DNA of 64,000 bases. Origin: Pirellulales bacterium. GTDB lineage: Bacteria > Planctomycetota > Planctomycetia > Pirellulales > S012-138. Shown piece by piece: positions 32,414 to 43,108 of this stretch (position 1 is the first letter of the stretch; each line of letters begins with the position of its first letter). Under the pieces are notes generated by a model. It made no database searches and was not told the origin of the DNA. It saw only the letters and a list, made by a program, of their open reading frames with translations. The position numbers were made by a program, and so were the translations under genes. The stretch is taken from positions 635-64,634 of the forward strand of contig JALCBR010000012.1 in the NCBI GenBank assembly GCA_028066245.1, in the 5' to 3' direction.

Positions 32414-33541
32414 ATGCAACCTCAGCACAGCACAGTCCTCATGGTGGCGGATGCGCCCGAGCGTATTGAAAACGTTCGGCAAGCCATGGACTGTTCGCGC
32501 GGTGCCATTGAATTGCTTTGGGGAACATTTGAGTTGCGCGTGTGCAACTGCCTGGCCGACGCCACCAAACTGCTGGAAGGACGACTGTATGACGTCGTTC
32601 TGCTAGACCCAACGTTGGGAGTCAGGGATGGTGTTGACTCGTTGGACTCGCTGTTGATTGCGTCACCGCATTCCGCCGTGGTCGTGTTGGTCAGTGAGCA
32701 TGAAGACGGGGCAGCGTTGGACGCGCTGCGTCGTGGAGCCCAGGACTACCTCATGCTGGAAGAGATCCATGGCCGCATGCTTTCCCGCACATTGCGCGGA
32801 GCAATCGAACGGAAGTCAACAGAACTAAGAATCGCCGAGAGCCGTGCGGAACTCATCTGGCGGTTGGCCAAAGCCGCCGAATACCGAGACAACGAAACCG
32901 GCAACCACGTCATCCGAGTTGGCTGCTACGCGCGCGAAATCGGCATTGCGATGGGCCTTGATCGTAAGGAGATCGAGACGCTCTTCCTCGCCGCGCCGCT
33001 GCACGATATCGGCAAGATCAGCATCCCAGATGCCATCTTGCAGAAGCCGGGCCCACTGGATGCCGAAGAGATGCGGACCATGCAACAGCATTGTGTTATT
33101 GGGGCGAAAATTTTGGGCGACAGCGCCGAAGCCGAACAATTCCCCTACACACGGCGAGTGGTCTCATCTGGATGTCTCGGGCAGTATGATGATCCCGTTC
33201 GCACGGTCGCTCAGCGAATTGCCATGAGCCATCATGAACGATGGGACGGCACAGGCTATCCTGGCCGTCTGACAGGTGATCAGATTCCGCTGGAGGCGCG
33301 AATTGTCGCTATTTGCGATGTGTTCGACGCGCTACTTTCCCCTCGCCCTTATAAGGAAGCCTTCACACTTGAGATGTCTTTGGACATCGTTCGAGAAGGC
33401 CGGGGGACCCACTTCGATCCTGCGGTCTTTGACGCGTTTGAGCGGAGCCTGCCGGCACTCATTGAGATTCGTGATGATCTCAAAGACGTTCGCAACCACG
33501 AACGCGAAAAAGAACTCCTTCATGGGGCACACTCTTCCTAG
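32414..33541 (+). CDS. Response regulator REC + HD-GYP c-di-GMP phosphodiesterase
   Basis: REC (VVLLD...GAQDYL); ETGNH; LHDIGK; HHERWDGTGYP. Confidence 0.93.
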   Translation: MQPQHSTVLMVADAPERIENVRQAMDCSRGAIELLWGTFELRVCNCLADATKLLEGRLYDVVLLDPTLGVRDGVDSLDSLLIASPHSAVVVLVSEHEDGAALDALRRGAQDYLMLEEIHGRMLSRTLRGAIERKSTELRIAESRAELIWRLAKAAEYRDNETGNHVIRVGCYAREIGIAMGLDRKEIETLFLAAPLHDIGKISIPDAILQKPGPLDAEEMRTMQQHCVIGAKILGDSAEAEQFPYTRRVVSSGCLGQYDDPVRTVAQRIAMSHHERWDGTGYPGRLTGDQIPLEARIVAICDVFDALLSPRPYKEAFTLEMSLDIVREGRGTHFDPAVFDAFERSLPALIEIRDDLKDVRNHEREKELLHGAHSS

Positions 33542-33565
33542 ATACGTGACGGCGAGCGTGCATGC

Positions 33566-34672
33566 ATGTGGCATCCAACCGTGAACCTGATCGAAGCGAG
33601 CCTACAAGGCTGGGTGATTCCCTTATCGCTGGCATCTGCCGCGTGGTGGTCAACGGCAACGATTGCCACGCATGTCATCATCGCCGTCGCCATGTTTTGG
33701 TGGTTGCTGGATAGTCGACGGCAACGGAAAACTCAACAACAATTGCACTCCGCGGTCGCCGTCTTTGATCGCCTGTTTGAAGCGAGTTCTGATCTCGTCG
33801 ACGAGGTCGAGTGGCATCAGCAAGAAGTTCGTGTGCTGCACGAGCAAATCAAGGCTTGCAAGGAAGATCAGAACAAGGCGGATCGCAATCAATTTGTGGT
33901 TCTGACCGAACGGTTGCTCGAGACCAATGCGCGGTTGATTCAACGGTTGGCCAACGCAGAGGCTCAACTTTCTGATCAGAAATGCGAGATTCAAAAACGG
34001 GCGTCTGTGGTCAAGCGTGACGCTCAAACAGGGCTATGGAACCGGCGAACCTTTGAGGTAGATTTACGCCGCCATCTTCACACCGCCTTGGATAATCAAA
34101 GCCCACTTGCGTTGCTGTTGCTGGACATTGACTCTCTCCGGCAGATCAATGATGGACTGGGACACCCCGCGGGCGACCGTGTTATCCAATCGGTCGTGCA
34201 GGCAATCGCCCGCGCGATCCGTAGCAGTGACCCGCTCTACCGCTACGGTGGTGACGAGTTGGCGCTGATTCTTCCCGGGGCGTCTCTGGAAAGCGCTCGG
34301 CACGTCGCTGAAAAGATTCGCGCTGCCGTTTGCCGGATGAGTGACATTGCCGATCTGGAAATAACCGTCTCTGTCAGCAGTGGTCTAGCGGTCGTTCAAA
34401 CCGGAGATGACAGCGCCACATTGATGCGACGAGCGGACCACGCCCTGTCCGCAAGCAAAGAGAATGGTCGGAATCGCGTCAGCCTGCACGATGGCCAACG
34501 CTGCCTGGCCAGCGCGACCGAAACCGTCTGTAGTGGCACAGCTCTACCATCTTCGAGGGAAGCGGGAAATCTCGCGACGATGGAAGCACCGCCACAGCAG
34601 GGAACGATGGAAGCGCTTGATGCGGCATGTGATGCCTTACAGCAAAAGCTCGACGAATTCACCAACGGCTGA
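33566..34672 (+). CDS. Membrane-anchored GGDEF-domain protein (GGDEL variant)
   Basis: TM, coiled coil, DIDSLRQINDGLGH, RSSD I-site, RYGGDEL. Confidence 0.9.
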   Translation: MWHPTVNLIEASLQGWVIPLSLASAAWWSTATIATHVIIAVAMFWWLLDSRRQRKTQQQLHSAVAVFDRLFEASSDLVDEVEWHQQEVRVLHEQIKACKEDQNKADRNQFVVLTERLLETNARLIQRLANAEAQLSDQKCEIQKRASVVKRDAQTGLWNRRTFEVDLRRHLHTALDNQSPLALLLLDIDSLRQINDGLGHPAGDRVIQSVVQAIARAIRSSDPLYRYGGDELALILPGASLESARHVAEKIRAAVCRMSDIADLEITVSVSSGLAVVQTGDDSATLMRRADHALSASKENGRNRVSLHDGQRCLASATETVCSGTALPSSREAGNLATMEAPPQQGTMEALDAACDALQQKLDEFTNG

Positions 34673-34817
34673 ATTCTCCTAAATCGAGTCGGTCTTCGGT
34701 GAGTCGTGTTCACCGATATCGATTGACCATGGCGCAGAGATTTTGACTCGTTTAGCGCCGGTGCACATCTAGAATGGCGGAAACGCCCATCTTGACACCC
34801 ACCGAATTTCTATCGCG

Positions 34818-35210
34818 ATGCGCTTTTCAGCCCGTAACTTGATTCTGCTCATCACTGCGTATTCGGTCATCATAGGTAGTGCAGTCTGGGGGGTGTTCGC
34901 AGCCAGAAGTTGGGCCATCGCGACGTTGGACAACCCCGCAGAACAGGAAAAATGGAGAGAGTGGCAGGAAGACACAAAGGCACGACAAGATGCTCAGGGG
35001 ATCCCTGCCAACCGCCGTGGCCACTCTTCTGATGAGCCGCCCGTCTTAATCCTGCTGCGAGATCATCTCACCGCGCTATTGGCAACTGCGATCTTGCTGA
35101 GCACCTTCTTGTTTGCGTTCTTTGTGTTTGTCCTTTGTGGCGCGACGCGCGCGAACACCGTAATCGTCACGGAAGACCAAGCTTTGCCTAAGTTACCGAT
35201 GAGCCACTAG
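34818..35210 (+). CDS. Hypothetical two-TM membrane protein
   Basis: Two hydrophobic helices; W..W...SDEPP.L.L.RDH pattern. Confidence 0.75.
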   Translation: MRFSARNLILLITAYSVIIGSAVWGVFAARSWAIATLDNPAEQEKWREWQEDTKARQDAQGIPANRRGHSSDEPPVLILLRDHLTALLATAILLSTFLFAFFVFVLCGATRANTVIVTEDQALPKLPMSH

Positions 35211-35411
35211 CTTTCTGCGTGTTGTAGTCTAACAACTCGAACGAAGTGTGAGCCGCGCTGGGCCAAGCGTTGGTAATTCCTCTTGCTTCCTCTCTGCCCA
35301 AGCCCGCGACATTTCTTGTCGGATCAAACACCGAGGACTACGCTGACCAATGAGGGTGTCGCCACCGGGCTCGACAGCTCACATCGTGCCTCTCCCGGAA
35401 CGGAGGAATTC

Positions 35412-36833
35412 ATGTCCAATTTCCGAACGCGATTACTTCTCCTCTGTCGACCTGTTGGGATTGTGCTGGTCGTCATCTGTATGGGCCTAACTCAAAGGCC
35501 CGAGGCGCGCGGACAATCGTCGATCTTCTCTGGGCAAGTGCGACCCTTTGTCGTTGGGATCAATCCGGTGGTGGGTAACGGCGCCGTCGGCGGAGTCTCC
35601 ATTGACGCCAACGGCCTGCTGGACCGCGCCACCATTGACGCGGTGGGAAATCTTGCCGAAGCTCGCGCCCAAGCGGTTGAATCACAAGTGCCGGCGGATG
35701 TGGCAGTCACGAGCAAGTTGCGCAAAGTCTCGTTGCGCCGTTTGGAACTGGCGATTTACGAGCGGCTTAAAGCAGGCGAGCCATTGGAAGAAGAGATGTT
35801 GATGCTGGCCGGACTGCAGAATGTCCAGTTCATTTTTCTCAACCCGGAAGAGAATGACGTGATCGTCGCCGGCACCGCTGGAGGCTGGACACTGGATGAA
35901 CACGGAACTGTTGTGGGACTTGAGACCCGGTCGCCCGTGCTGCAGTTGGAGGATCTGCTGGTCGTTTTGCGGAGTATCCACTCAGCTCATGAATCGGGGA
36001 TCACGTGCTCAATTGATCCATCCGCCGAAGGCCTCGCCCGGTTACAAGATTATTTCAGTGCCGGTCCCCGCATGGGTGAAATGGCATTGCGGCGTATGGA
36101 AAAACTTGTGGGTTCGCAATCTGTTACCGTGACAGGCGTTCCCGCTGACAGCCATTTTGCCCGCGTGATGGTGGCGGCGGACTTCATCATGAAGCGGATT
36201 GCGATGGGGCTGGAGAAATCCCCTACGCGCAGAGTCCCCAGCTACATGCAAATGCTCCGGAGCGCTCGCGTGCCCGTGCCCAAGACGGCGATGCCCCGCT
36301 GGTGGTTGGCGCCCGATTATTCCGCCCCGCTTCGTGATGTGGACGGCTTGGCCTTCGCGCTACCTTCCTCAGGCGTCAAGGTCATGACAGAAGATAGCTA
36401 TCTCAACGAGGATGGCACGCTCGAACGGGTGGAGGATGCCAATCCGGCGGCTGTGGATTGGGCCAACCGGTTTAGCGAGCACTACGTCGAACTGGCAAAA
36501 AGGCTGCCTGTCTTAGCCGAACTTCGCAACCTGATGGATTTGGCGATTGTGGCCGCCATCGTTCGCAATCCTCAGTTGGGCGACAAAGTCGGCCACGACT
36601 TTCCGCTGTTGTCCAACGAAGAAATCTTGCCTGTGGTGAGCTACCACGTGCCGAAGACCGTGTCATCGCGATCGTCCTTCGTCAAGAAGGGAAACCAGTA
36701 CATCATCAGCATCTCGGGCGGAGTTGATTTAGCTCCAGGTGCCGTGTTGGGCACGGCAACCTTGGATGACAAAGTCCTTTCGAATCGCGAACAGGCAATC
36801 GCAGGAACTCAGCAAAACTGGTGGTGGGATTGA
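35412..36833 (+). CDS. DUF1598-family exported protein
   Basis: GGVSIDANG, LRKVSLRRLE, ITCSIDPS, HFARVMVAADFIMKRIAMG, SGGV, C-terminal WWWD. Confidence 0.8.
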   Translation: MSNFRTRLLLLCRPVGIVLVVICMGLTQRPEARGQSSIFSGQVRPFVVGINPVVGNGAVGGVSIDANGLLDRATIDAVGNLAEARAQAVESQVPADVAVTSKLRKVSLRRLELAIYERLKAGEPLEEEMLMLAGLQNVQFIFLNPEENDVIVAGTAGGWTLDEHGTVVGLETRSPVLQLEDLLVVLRSIHSAHESGITCSIDPSAEGLARLQDYFSAGPRMGEMALRRMEKLVGSQSVTVTGVPADSHFARVMVAADFIMKRIAMGLEKSPTRRVPSYMQMLRSARVPVPKTAMPRWWLAPDYSAPLRDVDGLAFALPSSGVKVMTEDSYLNEDGTLERVEDANPAAVDWANRFSEHYVELAKRLPVLAELRNLMDLAIVAAIVRNPQLGDKVGHDFPLLSNEEILPVVSYHVPKTVSSRSSFVKKGNQYIISISGGVDLAPGAVLGTATLDDKVLSNREQAIAGTQQNWWWD

Positions 36834-37109
36834 TCTACTAGGCGATCGACGCTTTTTTTGATGGACCTCGAATGAAAGCCTGACTTTGCTTCGCGCGGTG
36901 GCACCATGAAACGGCGCATTTGCTGATCATTCGCCGCCAGTCAGGGTACGTCTGCGAGCCCTGTGTAGCCACAGGCAGCATCAACCCATACAAGTGATAC
37001 AGCTTACCCAACGCAATTGCTGGCGTTGCCCCTCACTCCTCACGCTCCGGCTGCCGATGCCAATCAGGTAAGGCATGCTGAGTCAGCCGATTCTAATGAG
37101 GAGGAAGAG

Positions 37110-37598
37110 ATGTCCGTGAAAAGTAGCTTTGCCGCACTGCTCTTGGTGGCAATCATGCTGGCTCCGGCAAGCGCCTACGCCCAGCAGTCCAATCAGCAAA
37201 ACACAATGACCGAGCGTGAAGCTCAGCAAGCCGCCCAGCAGGCGGAGCGAGCCGCTCGTGCTCAGGAAGCAGCCATCCAAGCCCGGATGCGCCAGATCGA
37301 AACCCGCATTGCCCAAGAAGAGAAGCTGCTGGAACGCAGGATGGCGGAAGCCAACCAGATCCGCCAGGCAGCTCTGTCCAAGAACGACCAGCGCGGACTT
37401 GATCGTGCGGCCCAATTGGAAAAGCAAGCCATCGCCGCCTACGAAGCTTCGATCAACAAACTGATCCAGGCGATCAACGCACCGGTGCAACCACAGCAAG
37501 CCAACCAGGGCGGCAATCAGAAACGCAACAACGGCCAGCCGCCACGCCGCCGCCAACCACCTAAGCGTTCCGGCTGGAGTTGGTGGCCATTTGGCTAG
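37110..37598 (+). CDS. Secreted Gln/Ala-rich coiled-coil hypothetical protein
   Basis: GAGGAGG RBS; signal peptide ending AYA; basic/Trp-rich tail (KRSGWSWWPFG). Confidence 0.75.
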   Translation: MSVKSSFAALLLVAIMLAPASAYAQQSNQQNTMTEREAQQAAQQAERAARAQEAAIQARMRQIETRIAQEEKLLERRMAEANQIRQAALSKNDQRGLDRAAQLEKQAIAAYEASINKLIQAINAPVQPQQANQGGNQKRNNGQPPRRRQPPKRSGWSWWPFG

Positions 37599-37725
37599 CC
37601 GCTCGCTATCGCACAATTTTGCACAGCTTCCAGAACCAGCTGTCAACAAGTCAGGCTTGAGGACTCGGATCCTCAGGCCTGATTTCGTTTCACAGAGATA
37701 CAAGTGGTTACTGGACGCAATGCTT

Positions 37726-38670
37726 TCACAGCCTGTCCAACATCGTCTTGAGGTGTGCCTCGACCGACTCAGCCAGCATCTGCGGGTGATATCCACCCTC
37801 TAAGATGCTCACAATGCGTCCACGACAATGATCATCGGCCAGATCACAGACTGTTTCGGTCATCAAGACGAAGTCTTCGACTTCAAGCCCTAGCGAACCG
37901 ACAGGATCCGCGGCATGAGCATCAAAGCCGGCACTGAGCAAGATCAGTTCAGGCTTGGTCTTTGCCGCAAACTCCTCAAGCTCACTGGCAAACTGCGCCA
38001 AGATGTCCTCCCTTGACGTTCCAAACCGAATAGGCAGGTTGTGTGTGGTGCCACTCCCTGCAGCCAAGCCTGTTTCGTCGCGCCGCCCCGAACCTGGATA
38101 GAAGGGAAAACGATGGGCGGAGAAGAAAGCCACCTGCGGGTCGCTCCAGAACAAGTCTTGCGTGCCATTGCCATGATGGACGTCCCAATCAACGATCAGC
38201 ACTCGGTTCAATCCGAGCTCGCGCACGGCGAACGCAGCCGCGACGGCCACGCTGCCAAATAAACAGAATCCCATTGCTCGGTCTTTCAACGCGTGATGGC
38301 CCGGTGGGCGGACAAGGCATAGCGCCTGGCGGTCTTCATCAGTGACGACTCGCCGCACCGCATCCACGGCCGCACCCGCGGCCAACGCGGCCACTTCAAA
38401 CGATCGCTCTGAGATCACCGTGTCACTGTCCAGGCGATCAACCCCTTGACGGAAAGCGGATCGCACAGAGGCCGCATACTCGACGTCATGCACCAGCCCG
38501 AGTTGGGCATCGGTCGATGGCTCCCACTGTGGCTGTTCACAACGTGGCAACAGTTGAGAAGACTGCAATTGTTTGGAAATGGCCTCCAGCCGGGCCGGGC
38601 ATTCTGGATGCTGGCCGGTCTGGTGCTGGAGGAAGAAGTCGTTGCGATAGAGAAGCATTTCAGAACTCAT
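37726..38670 (-). CDS. Histone deacetylase-family (acetylpolyamine/protein) amidohydrolase
   Basis: HPECPARL, RPPGHHA, GFC, DWDVHHGNGTQ, SAGFDAH, LEGGY. Confidence 0.95.
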   Translation of the reverse strand: MSSEMLLYRNDFFLQHQTGQHPECPARLEAISKQLQSSQLLPRCEQPQWEPSTDAQLGLVHDVEYAASVRSAFRQGVDRLDSDTVISERSFEVAALAAGAAVDAVRRVVTDEDRQALCLVRPPGHHALKDRAMGFCLFGSVAVAAAFAVRELGLNRVLIVDWDVHHGNGTQDLFWSDPQVAFFSAHRFPFYPGSGRRDETGLAAGSGTTHNLPIRFGTSREDILAQFASELEEFAAKTKPELILLSAGFDAHAADPVGSLGLEVEDFVLMTETVCDLADDHCRGRIVSILEGGYHPQMLAESVEAHLKTMLDRL

Positions 38671-38819
38671 GTGGCTTTGAACAAGGTAGTTCGCATTTGC
38701 AGAAACGTTCTCAGCCGCATTGTGCCTTTCGCGGATTCAACGAAGCGGGTTACGCGGGGGACTCGGGAGTTTGTTATGCTATGGAAACGTCAAGACTTCA
38801 AGGCTGGATGACAAACACG

Positions 38820-40481
38820 ATGTACCTCCGGGAAAATCCCGTTCTGCAACGCGAGATGCTGATTAACCTCCGCATGAAGCGGGCGTTCATCACGTTAGCG
38901 GCTTTCATCCTTCTGCTTGGCGCGATGGTCTACGCGGCTTGGCCGGCGTATGAAGATGTTGACATGATCAACCCCGTGGCGTCCAAACGGTTGGTCGATC
39001 TCTTCTTTCTCGGTCAGTACATTTTGACATCGTTGATGGCGCCTACTTTTGCGGCGGGAGCGATCACGGGAGAAAAAGAGCGCAAGTCATACGAGATGCT
39101 CTTGGCCAGCCCTTTGCGCCCCACGGCGATTGTCGTCGGCAAGCTGTTGTCTTCTCTGGCACACCTAGGATTGTTGATCTTTTCGTCACTGCCGATTGTG
39201 ATGCTGTGCCTGCCACTGGGAGGGGTCAACTTCTATGAAGTGCTGGCAGTCTATTTGTCTATCATCCTAGTGACAACGACGTTCGGACTGATCAGTCTTT
39301 GGTGTAGTAGTTTCTTCAGCCGGACCGCGTCATCTTTGGTCGTGTCTTACTTGATCATCCTCCCGCTCGCCCTAGTCGGGTTGTTGATGTGGAACGCGTT
39401 GGAAGGCGGCGCGGTGGCCGGTGTGAGGTTGTTGATTGCTGCGGTGCTGTTGCCGGTGATCTGCGGGTTAGCCTGGGTGGGATTAATCACGACGATCAGC
39501 GCGCGCTTGCTGCATCCACCGGATGTCGGTAGTGAAGGCAAGGAAGTGATCGATGAAGAGCGTGAACAAGACAAGGCAGTCGGCTTGGTAATTCGCCGTG
39601 ATCAGTTTCCGGATAAACTTTTTGCACCACCGAAACGTACGGGGCTATTGCCGGATGGCGCCAACCCCGTCTACGACAAGGAAATGCGCTCAGAAATCTT
39701 CAGCCAAGGCACGCTCATGCTGCGCGTGGTGATCCAGGTCAGCATGTTTCTGGCCATCCCCATCATGGCTTGGTGCTTGTATCTGCGACCGGAATTGGCA
39801 GCTTGGTATGTTGGCTACGTCATTTTGTTCAACCTGATGGTTGGGCCTGTTTTTTCCGCCGGCAGCGTGACGAGCGAGCGCGAACGGGAAACCCTCGACC
39901 TCCTGTTGACGACGCTGATCACACCGTTGCAAATTCTGGTGGGTAAACTCATCTCCGGCCTGCGCGTCTCCAGCGTGTTGACAATGTTCTTGCTATGGCC
40001 GCTGGTTCTGGCATGTGTGATGGTGGGAGATTTGCGCAGCCATTTCCTGACAATGCTCGCCTATGTCGCAATCGTCCTCATGACGTGCCTGACAACGGCC
40101 AACATCGCGTTGTTCACATCCGTCATTTCAAAGAAGTCGTCCTTCGCGTTGATCTTTTCATACGTCGCGATCGGCACATTATTCATTGCACCCTTGGGCG
40201 TCGAACGATTCGTGGAGACGTTCTTCCCGGAGCAGGAGATTACATTTCAGGTCAAACAGCAGGCGTATTTGAGTCCAATCTCGGCAGCATTCGCGTTGCC
40301 GCTTGACGTCAAAGGCCGCGGGGACGACGTCGGTCGCGGACTAAGTCAAGAAAGGGAAGCCAGCTCGCGCTATGGATGGCGACAGTTTGGGCTATTTTCC
40401 CTGGTTTACTCTCTGCTCAACTTAAGTCTGGTTGGCGTTATGGCCTGGCTGTTCAGCACACGATGGCGTGTCGCTTATTGA
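38820..40481 (+). CDS. ABC-2-type transporter permease with two tandem permease halves
   Basis: ENPVLQRE and ANPVYDKE; ITGEKERKSYEMLLASPL and VTSERERETLDLLLTTLI; about 12 TM helices. Confidence 0.85.
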   Translation: MYLRENPVLQREMLINLRMKRAFITLAAFILLLGAMVYAAWPAYEDVDMINPVASKRLVDLFFLGQYILTSLMAPTFAAGAITGEKERKSYEMLLASPLRPTAIVVGKLLSSLAHLGLLIFSSLPIVMLCLPLGGVNFYEVLAVYLSIILVTTTFGLISLWCSSFFSRTASSLVVSYLIILPLALVGLLMWNALEGGAVAGVRLLIAAVLLPVICGLAWVGLITTISARLLHPPDVGSEGKEVIDEEREQDKAVGLVIRRDQFPDKLFAPPKRTGLLPDGANPVYDKEMRSEIFSQGTLMLRVVIQVSMFLAIPIMAWCLYLRPELAAWYVGYVILFNLMVGPVFSAGSVTSERERETLDLLLTTLITPLQILVGKLISGLRVSSVLTMFLLWPLVLACVMVGDLRSHFLTMLAYVAIVLMTCLTTANIALFTSVISKKSSFALIFSYVAIGTLFIAPLGVERFVETFFPEQEITFQVKQQAYLSPISAAFALPLDVKGRGDDVGRGLSQEREASSRYGWRQFGLFSLVYSLLNLSLVGVMAWLFSTRWRVAY

Positions 40482-40536
40482 CCTGAGTTTATTGATTTTC
40501 ATCAATTCCTCCGCAATTTCACAACTAAGCCCGAAC

Positions 40537-41076
40537 ATGAACTGGCTCTACGAACAACAACTTCCTGCGGTTGTCATCAGCCTGTCCATCGTGGTGGCAT
40601 CTGTCATCTTATTCGTTCGCTCGCGACGACCAGTCTTCTTGTGGGGAATCCTCGTCGGGCTGATTGTTTTGGGGCTGGGGCTCTGGATTGAATCGGCTGT
40701 CGTCACAGAAGAGGAGGAAATCGAAGCAACGCTGCTGGCGGTCGCAAGTGCAATGGAGGAAGGCGATATGGAGACTGTCTCGAGTTATATCGATCCTTCA
40801 GCCGTTTCTAGTTGGCGACTCAAGGGGATCAGCCTAACACATTTTGAGAACCGGAAATTTTCAGACGTAAACGGGTCTATCGAACGGGTTGACTTCAATC
40901 GCTCATCCAACCCAATCAGCGCCCGAGTCAGAGTCTTTGGCAAAGCCACTGGTCAAAGTCTTTCCAATCCGCCAAACGAAGATCCAAACTTCAATTGGAT
41001 GGGGCGAGTTGTCTTTGGGATGTATAAAGGCGAAGATGGCTGGATCATTCAGAAAGTGGAAGGATTTGCGCGATAG
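40537..41076 (+). CDS. Hypothetical membrane protein (2 TM plus possible NTF2-like domain)
   Basis: Two TM helices, then VVTEEEEIEATL and a beta-rich C-terminus. Confidence 0.7.
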   Translation: MNWLYEQQLPAVVISLSIVVASVILFVRSRRPVFLWGILVGLIVLGLGLWIESAVVTEEEEIEATLLAVASAMEEGDMETVSSYIDPSAVSSWRLKGISLTHFENRKFSDVNGSIERVDFNRSSNPISARVRVFGKATGQSLSNPPNEDPNFNWMGRVVFGMYKGEDGWIIQKVEGFAR

Positions 41077-41200
41077 TCTTGGTGGCCGCCATTCCCGCTA
41101 CCAAGACTTTGGCCTACAATACGATTGAATATTTGAGTCTCTTTTCGCGGTAGGCCGACGCTGGCACCGCATTTTCTCACATTGATGCTTTCTCTTGCTC

Positions 41201-42305
41201 ATGGCTACGGTTGCTGAACTTCACGAAACCACCAATGAGATTCGTACTCGGATTACCCAATTGCGAGACTCTCTTTGACTGCGAAGCCAAGCAACAAGAC
41301 ATCGACCGACTGGAACGGCAGATGTCCGAGCCCGACTTCTGGAACGACCAGGAAGCTGCCCAAGAAACTATCGGTCAACTCAAGCAATTGACCGCCGTGG
41401 TTAAGCCGGTGGGCGAGTTGGTCGCGGCAGTTGAGGATTTGGAAGCGATGCTGGAAATGGCGGCCGAGGATGAGAGCTTTGCCATGGAGGTTGAAGCCGA
41501 GTTGCCGAAGCTACAGCAGCGTCTGGATGACCTCGAACTCAAGGCGCTGCTTTCCGGTCCCCATGATGCCGGCAACGCCATCGTCTCGATCAACGCGCGA
41601 GACGGAGGTACGGACGCCAATGATTGGGCCGAGATGCTGCTGCGAATGTATACGGCCTGGTCTCAGAAGAACGACTACAAGGTTGAACTTCTTGATCGCC
41701 AGGACAATCTCGAAGCCGGCATCAACAGCGCCGTGATCGCGGTGAGAGGGCCCTACGCCTATGGATACCTTCGCGGTGAGACGGGGATTCATCGGCTGGT
41801 GCGGATCAGCCCTTTCAATGCTGATGGCAAGCGACAAACCAGCTTCAGCGCCGTGGATGTCTCACCAGACATTGCGGACTCCGTCGAGATTGAGATCAAG
41901 GATCAGGACGTCCGTGAAGATACATATTCCGCCAGTGGTCCCGGCGGACAACATGTCAACAAGACCTCTAGCGCCGTCCGACTGACGCACCTGCCCACGA
42001 ATATTGTTGTGCAGTGCCAGAACGAGCGTAGCCAGCACAAGAACCGCGCGGCCGCCTACAAGATGTTGCGCGCCAGGCTGGCACGGCTGGAAGAAGAGAA
42101 GCGCGAAGCCGAGCAGGCAGCCAAATATGATCAGCAGGCGAGGACTGGATTTGGCGCGCAAATCCGCAATTACTTTCTGCACCCGGATCAGCGAGTGAAG
42201 GACGCACGGACGGGCTATCTCGAGCACAACTTTCAGGATGTGCTGGACGGCAACATCGGCGGATTTCTGGATTCTGTGCTGCGTTGGCGAGTGGGAAAAG
42301 ATTAG
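41201..42305 (+). CDS. prfB: Peptide chain release factor 2 with programmed +1 frameshift
   Basis: ATG 41201 gives MATVAELHETTNEIRTRITQLRDSL, then CTT TGA C at 41273-41279; the +1 frame carries SPF and GGQ motifs. Confidence 0.97.
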
Positions 42306-42431
42306 CTCGGTGAGCGTCCCGTGCTCCAACATGCGAAGTCGAAATCGCGCGGCCATTGTTGACCATGGCAACTCCTCTTACGGCACGTACCGTATCCCTG
42401 CTTTACGACACGAACGCCACACAGTAGCGGC

Positions 42432-42989
42432 ATGGCCCATTCTTCTGACGCTCAACCACCGGCTCTCAGTGCGGGACCGCTGCGATTGGAGTTTCACAGA
42501 TCAGCCGATCGATATGCCCACAGCTTGAAGTGCGTGAATGATGGCGTGCCGTGTGAGTTGATGGCAAGTATCGAAGGTCAAGGAACTGAACGTTTTCCAC
42601 CAAGTCCTCCCCTTCAGCAGCTTCATTTTGAAGAACACGGCGGAAAACAAGTTGCTATGTTGGTCGGCATGGCTGAGGGAAACCATTGGTCGGCGGCTAT
42701 CTCGGCAGAGAATGAATCACTTGAATTCGACATCGCTTGTCACACTAGTGCCCGTCTCGTCGCCCACGAGTATTCCTCGTTGGGAAGTACTTACCACGCC
42801 ATCCCAACAGCCAAGTTGAAAAAGACCGACAACGGTATCTTGCTCCAACTTGCGGCAGCACGCGTACTGGTTCAAACGAGTCAGTTCACCGAGGTTGATC
42901 TCACCCGGGGCACCCTTTGTTTGCGTCCATTAGCTGGCAGCCCTCACCCAACTTCCACGCTACGTTGGCGGTATCTCATCAACTCGTAG
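42432..42989 (+). CDS. Hypothetical protein
   Basis: 185-aa ORF with PPSPPLQQL...LVGMA..NHWS pattern; no function recognised. Confidence 0.7.
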   Translation: MAHSSDAQPPALSAGPLRLEFHRSADRYAHSLKCVNDGVPCELMASIEGQGTERFPPSPPLQQLHFEEHGGKQVAMLVGMAEGNHWSAAISAENESLEFDIACHTSARLVAHEYSSLGSTYHAIPTAKLKKTDNGILLQLAAARVLVQTSQFTEVDLTRGTLCLRPLAGSPHPTSTLRWRYLINS

Positions 42990-43108
42990 CCGGGCCAGCC
43001 ATTGCGAGCGGGTTTCCGCAAGTACGCAGATGCTATCAACCCGGAGATAAAAACGGCCGAGCGCGTATTCGCGTTCGGCCGTTTGAAACTCAGGCTTGTT
43101 GATCGGTC

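Noticed and set aside
38517-38819. N-terminal extension of the permease overlapping the deacetylase gene
   Set aside because: Overlaps a clear opposite-strand gene; family similarity begins at MYLRENPV.
41211-41275. ORF-track start of RF2 (MLNFTKPP...)
   Set aside because: Artefact of the +1 frameshift; the real start is ATG 41201 in another frame.
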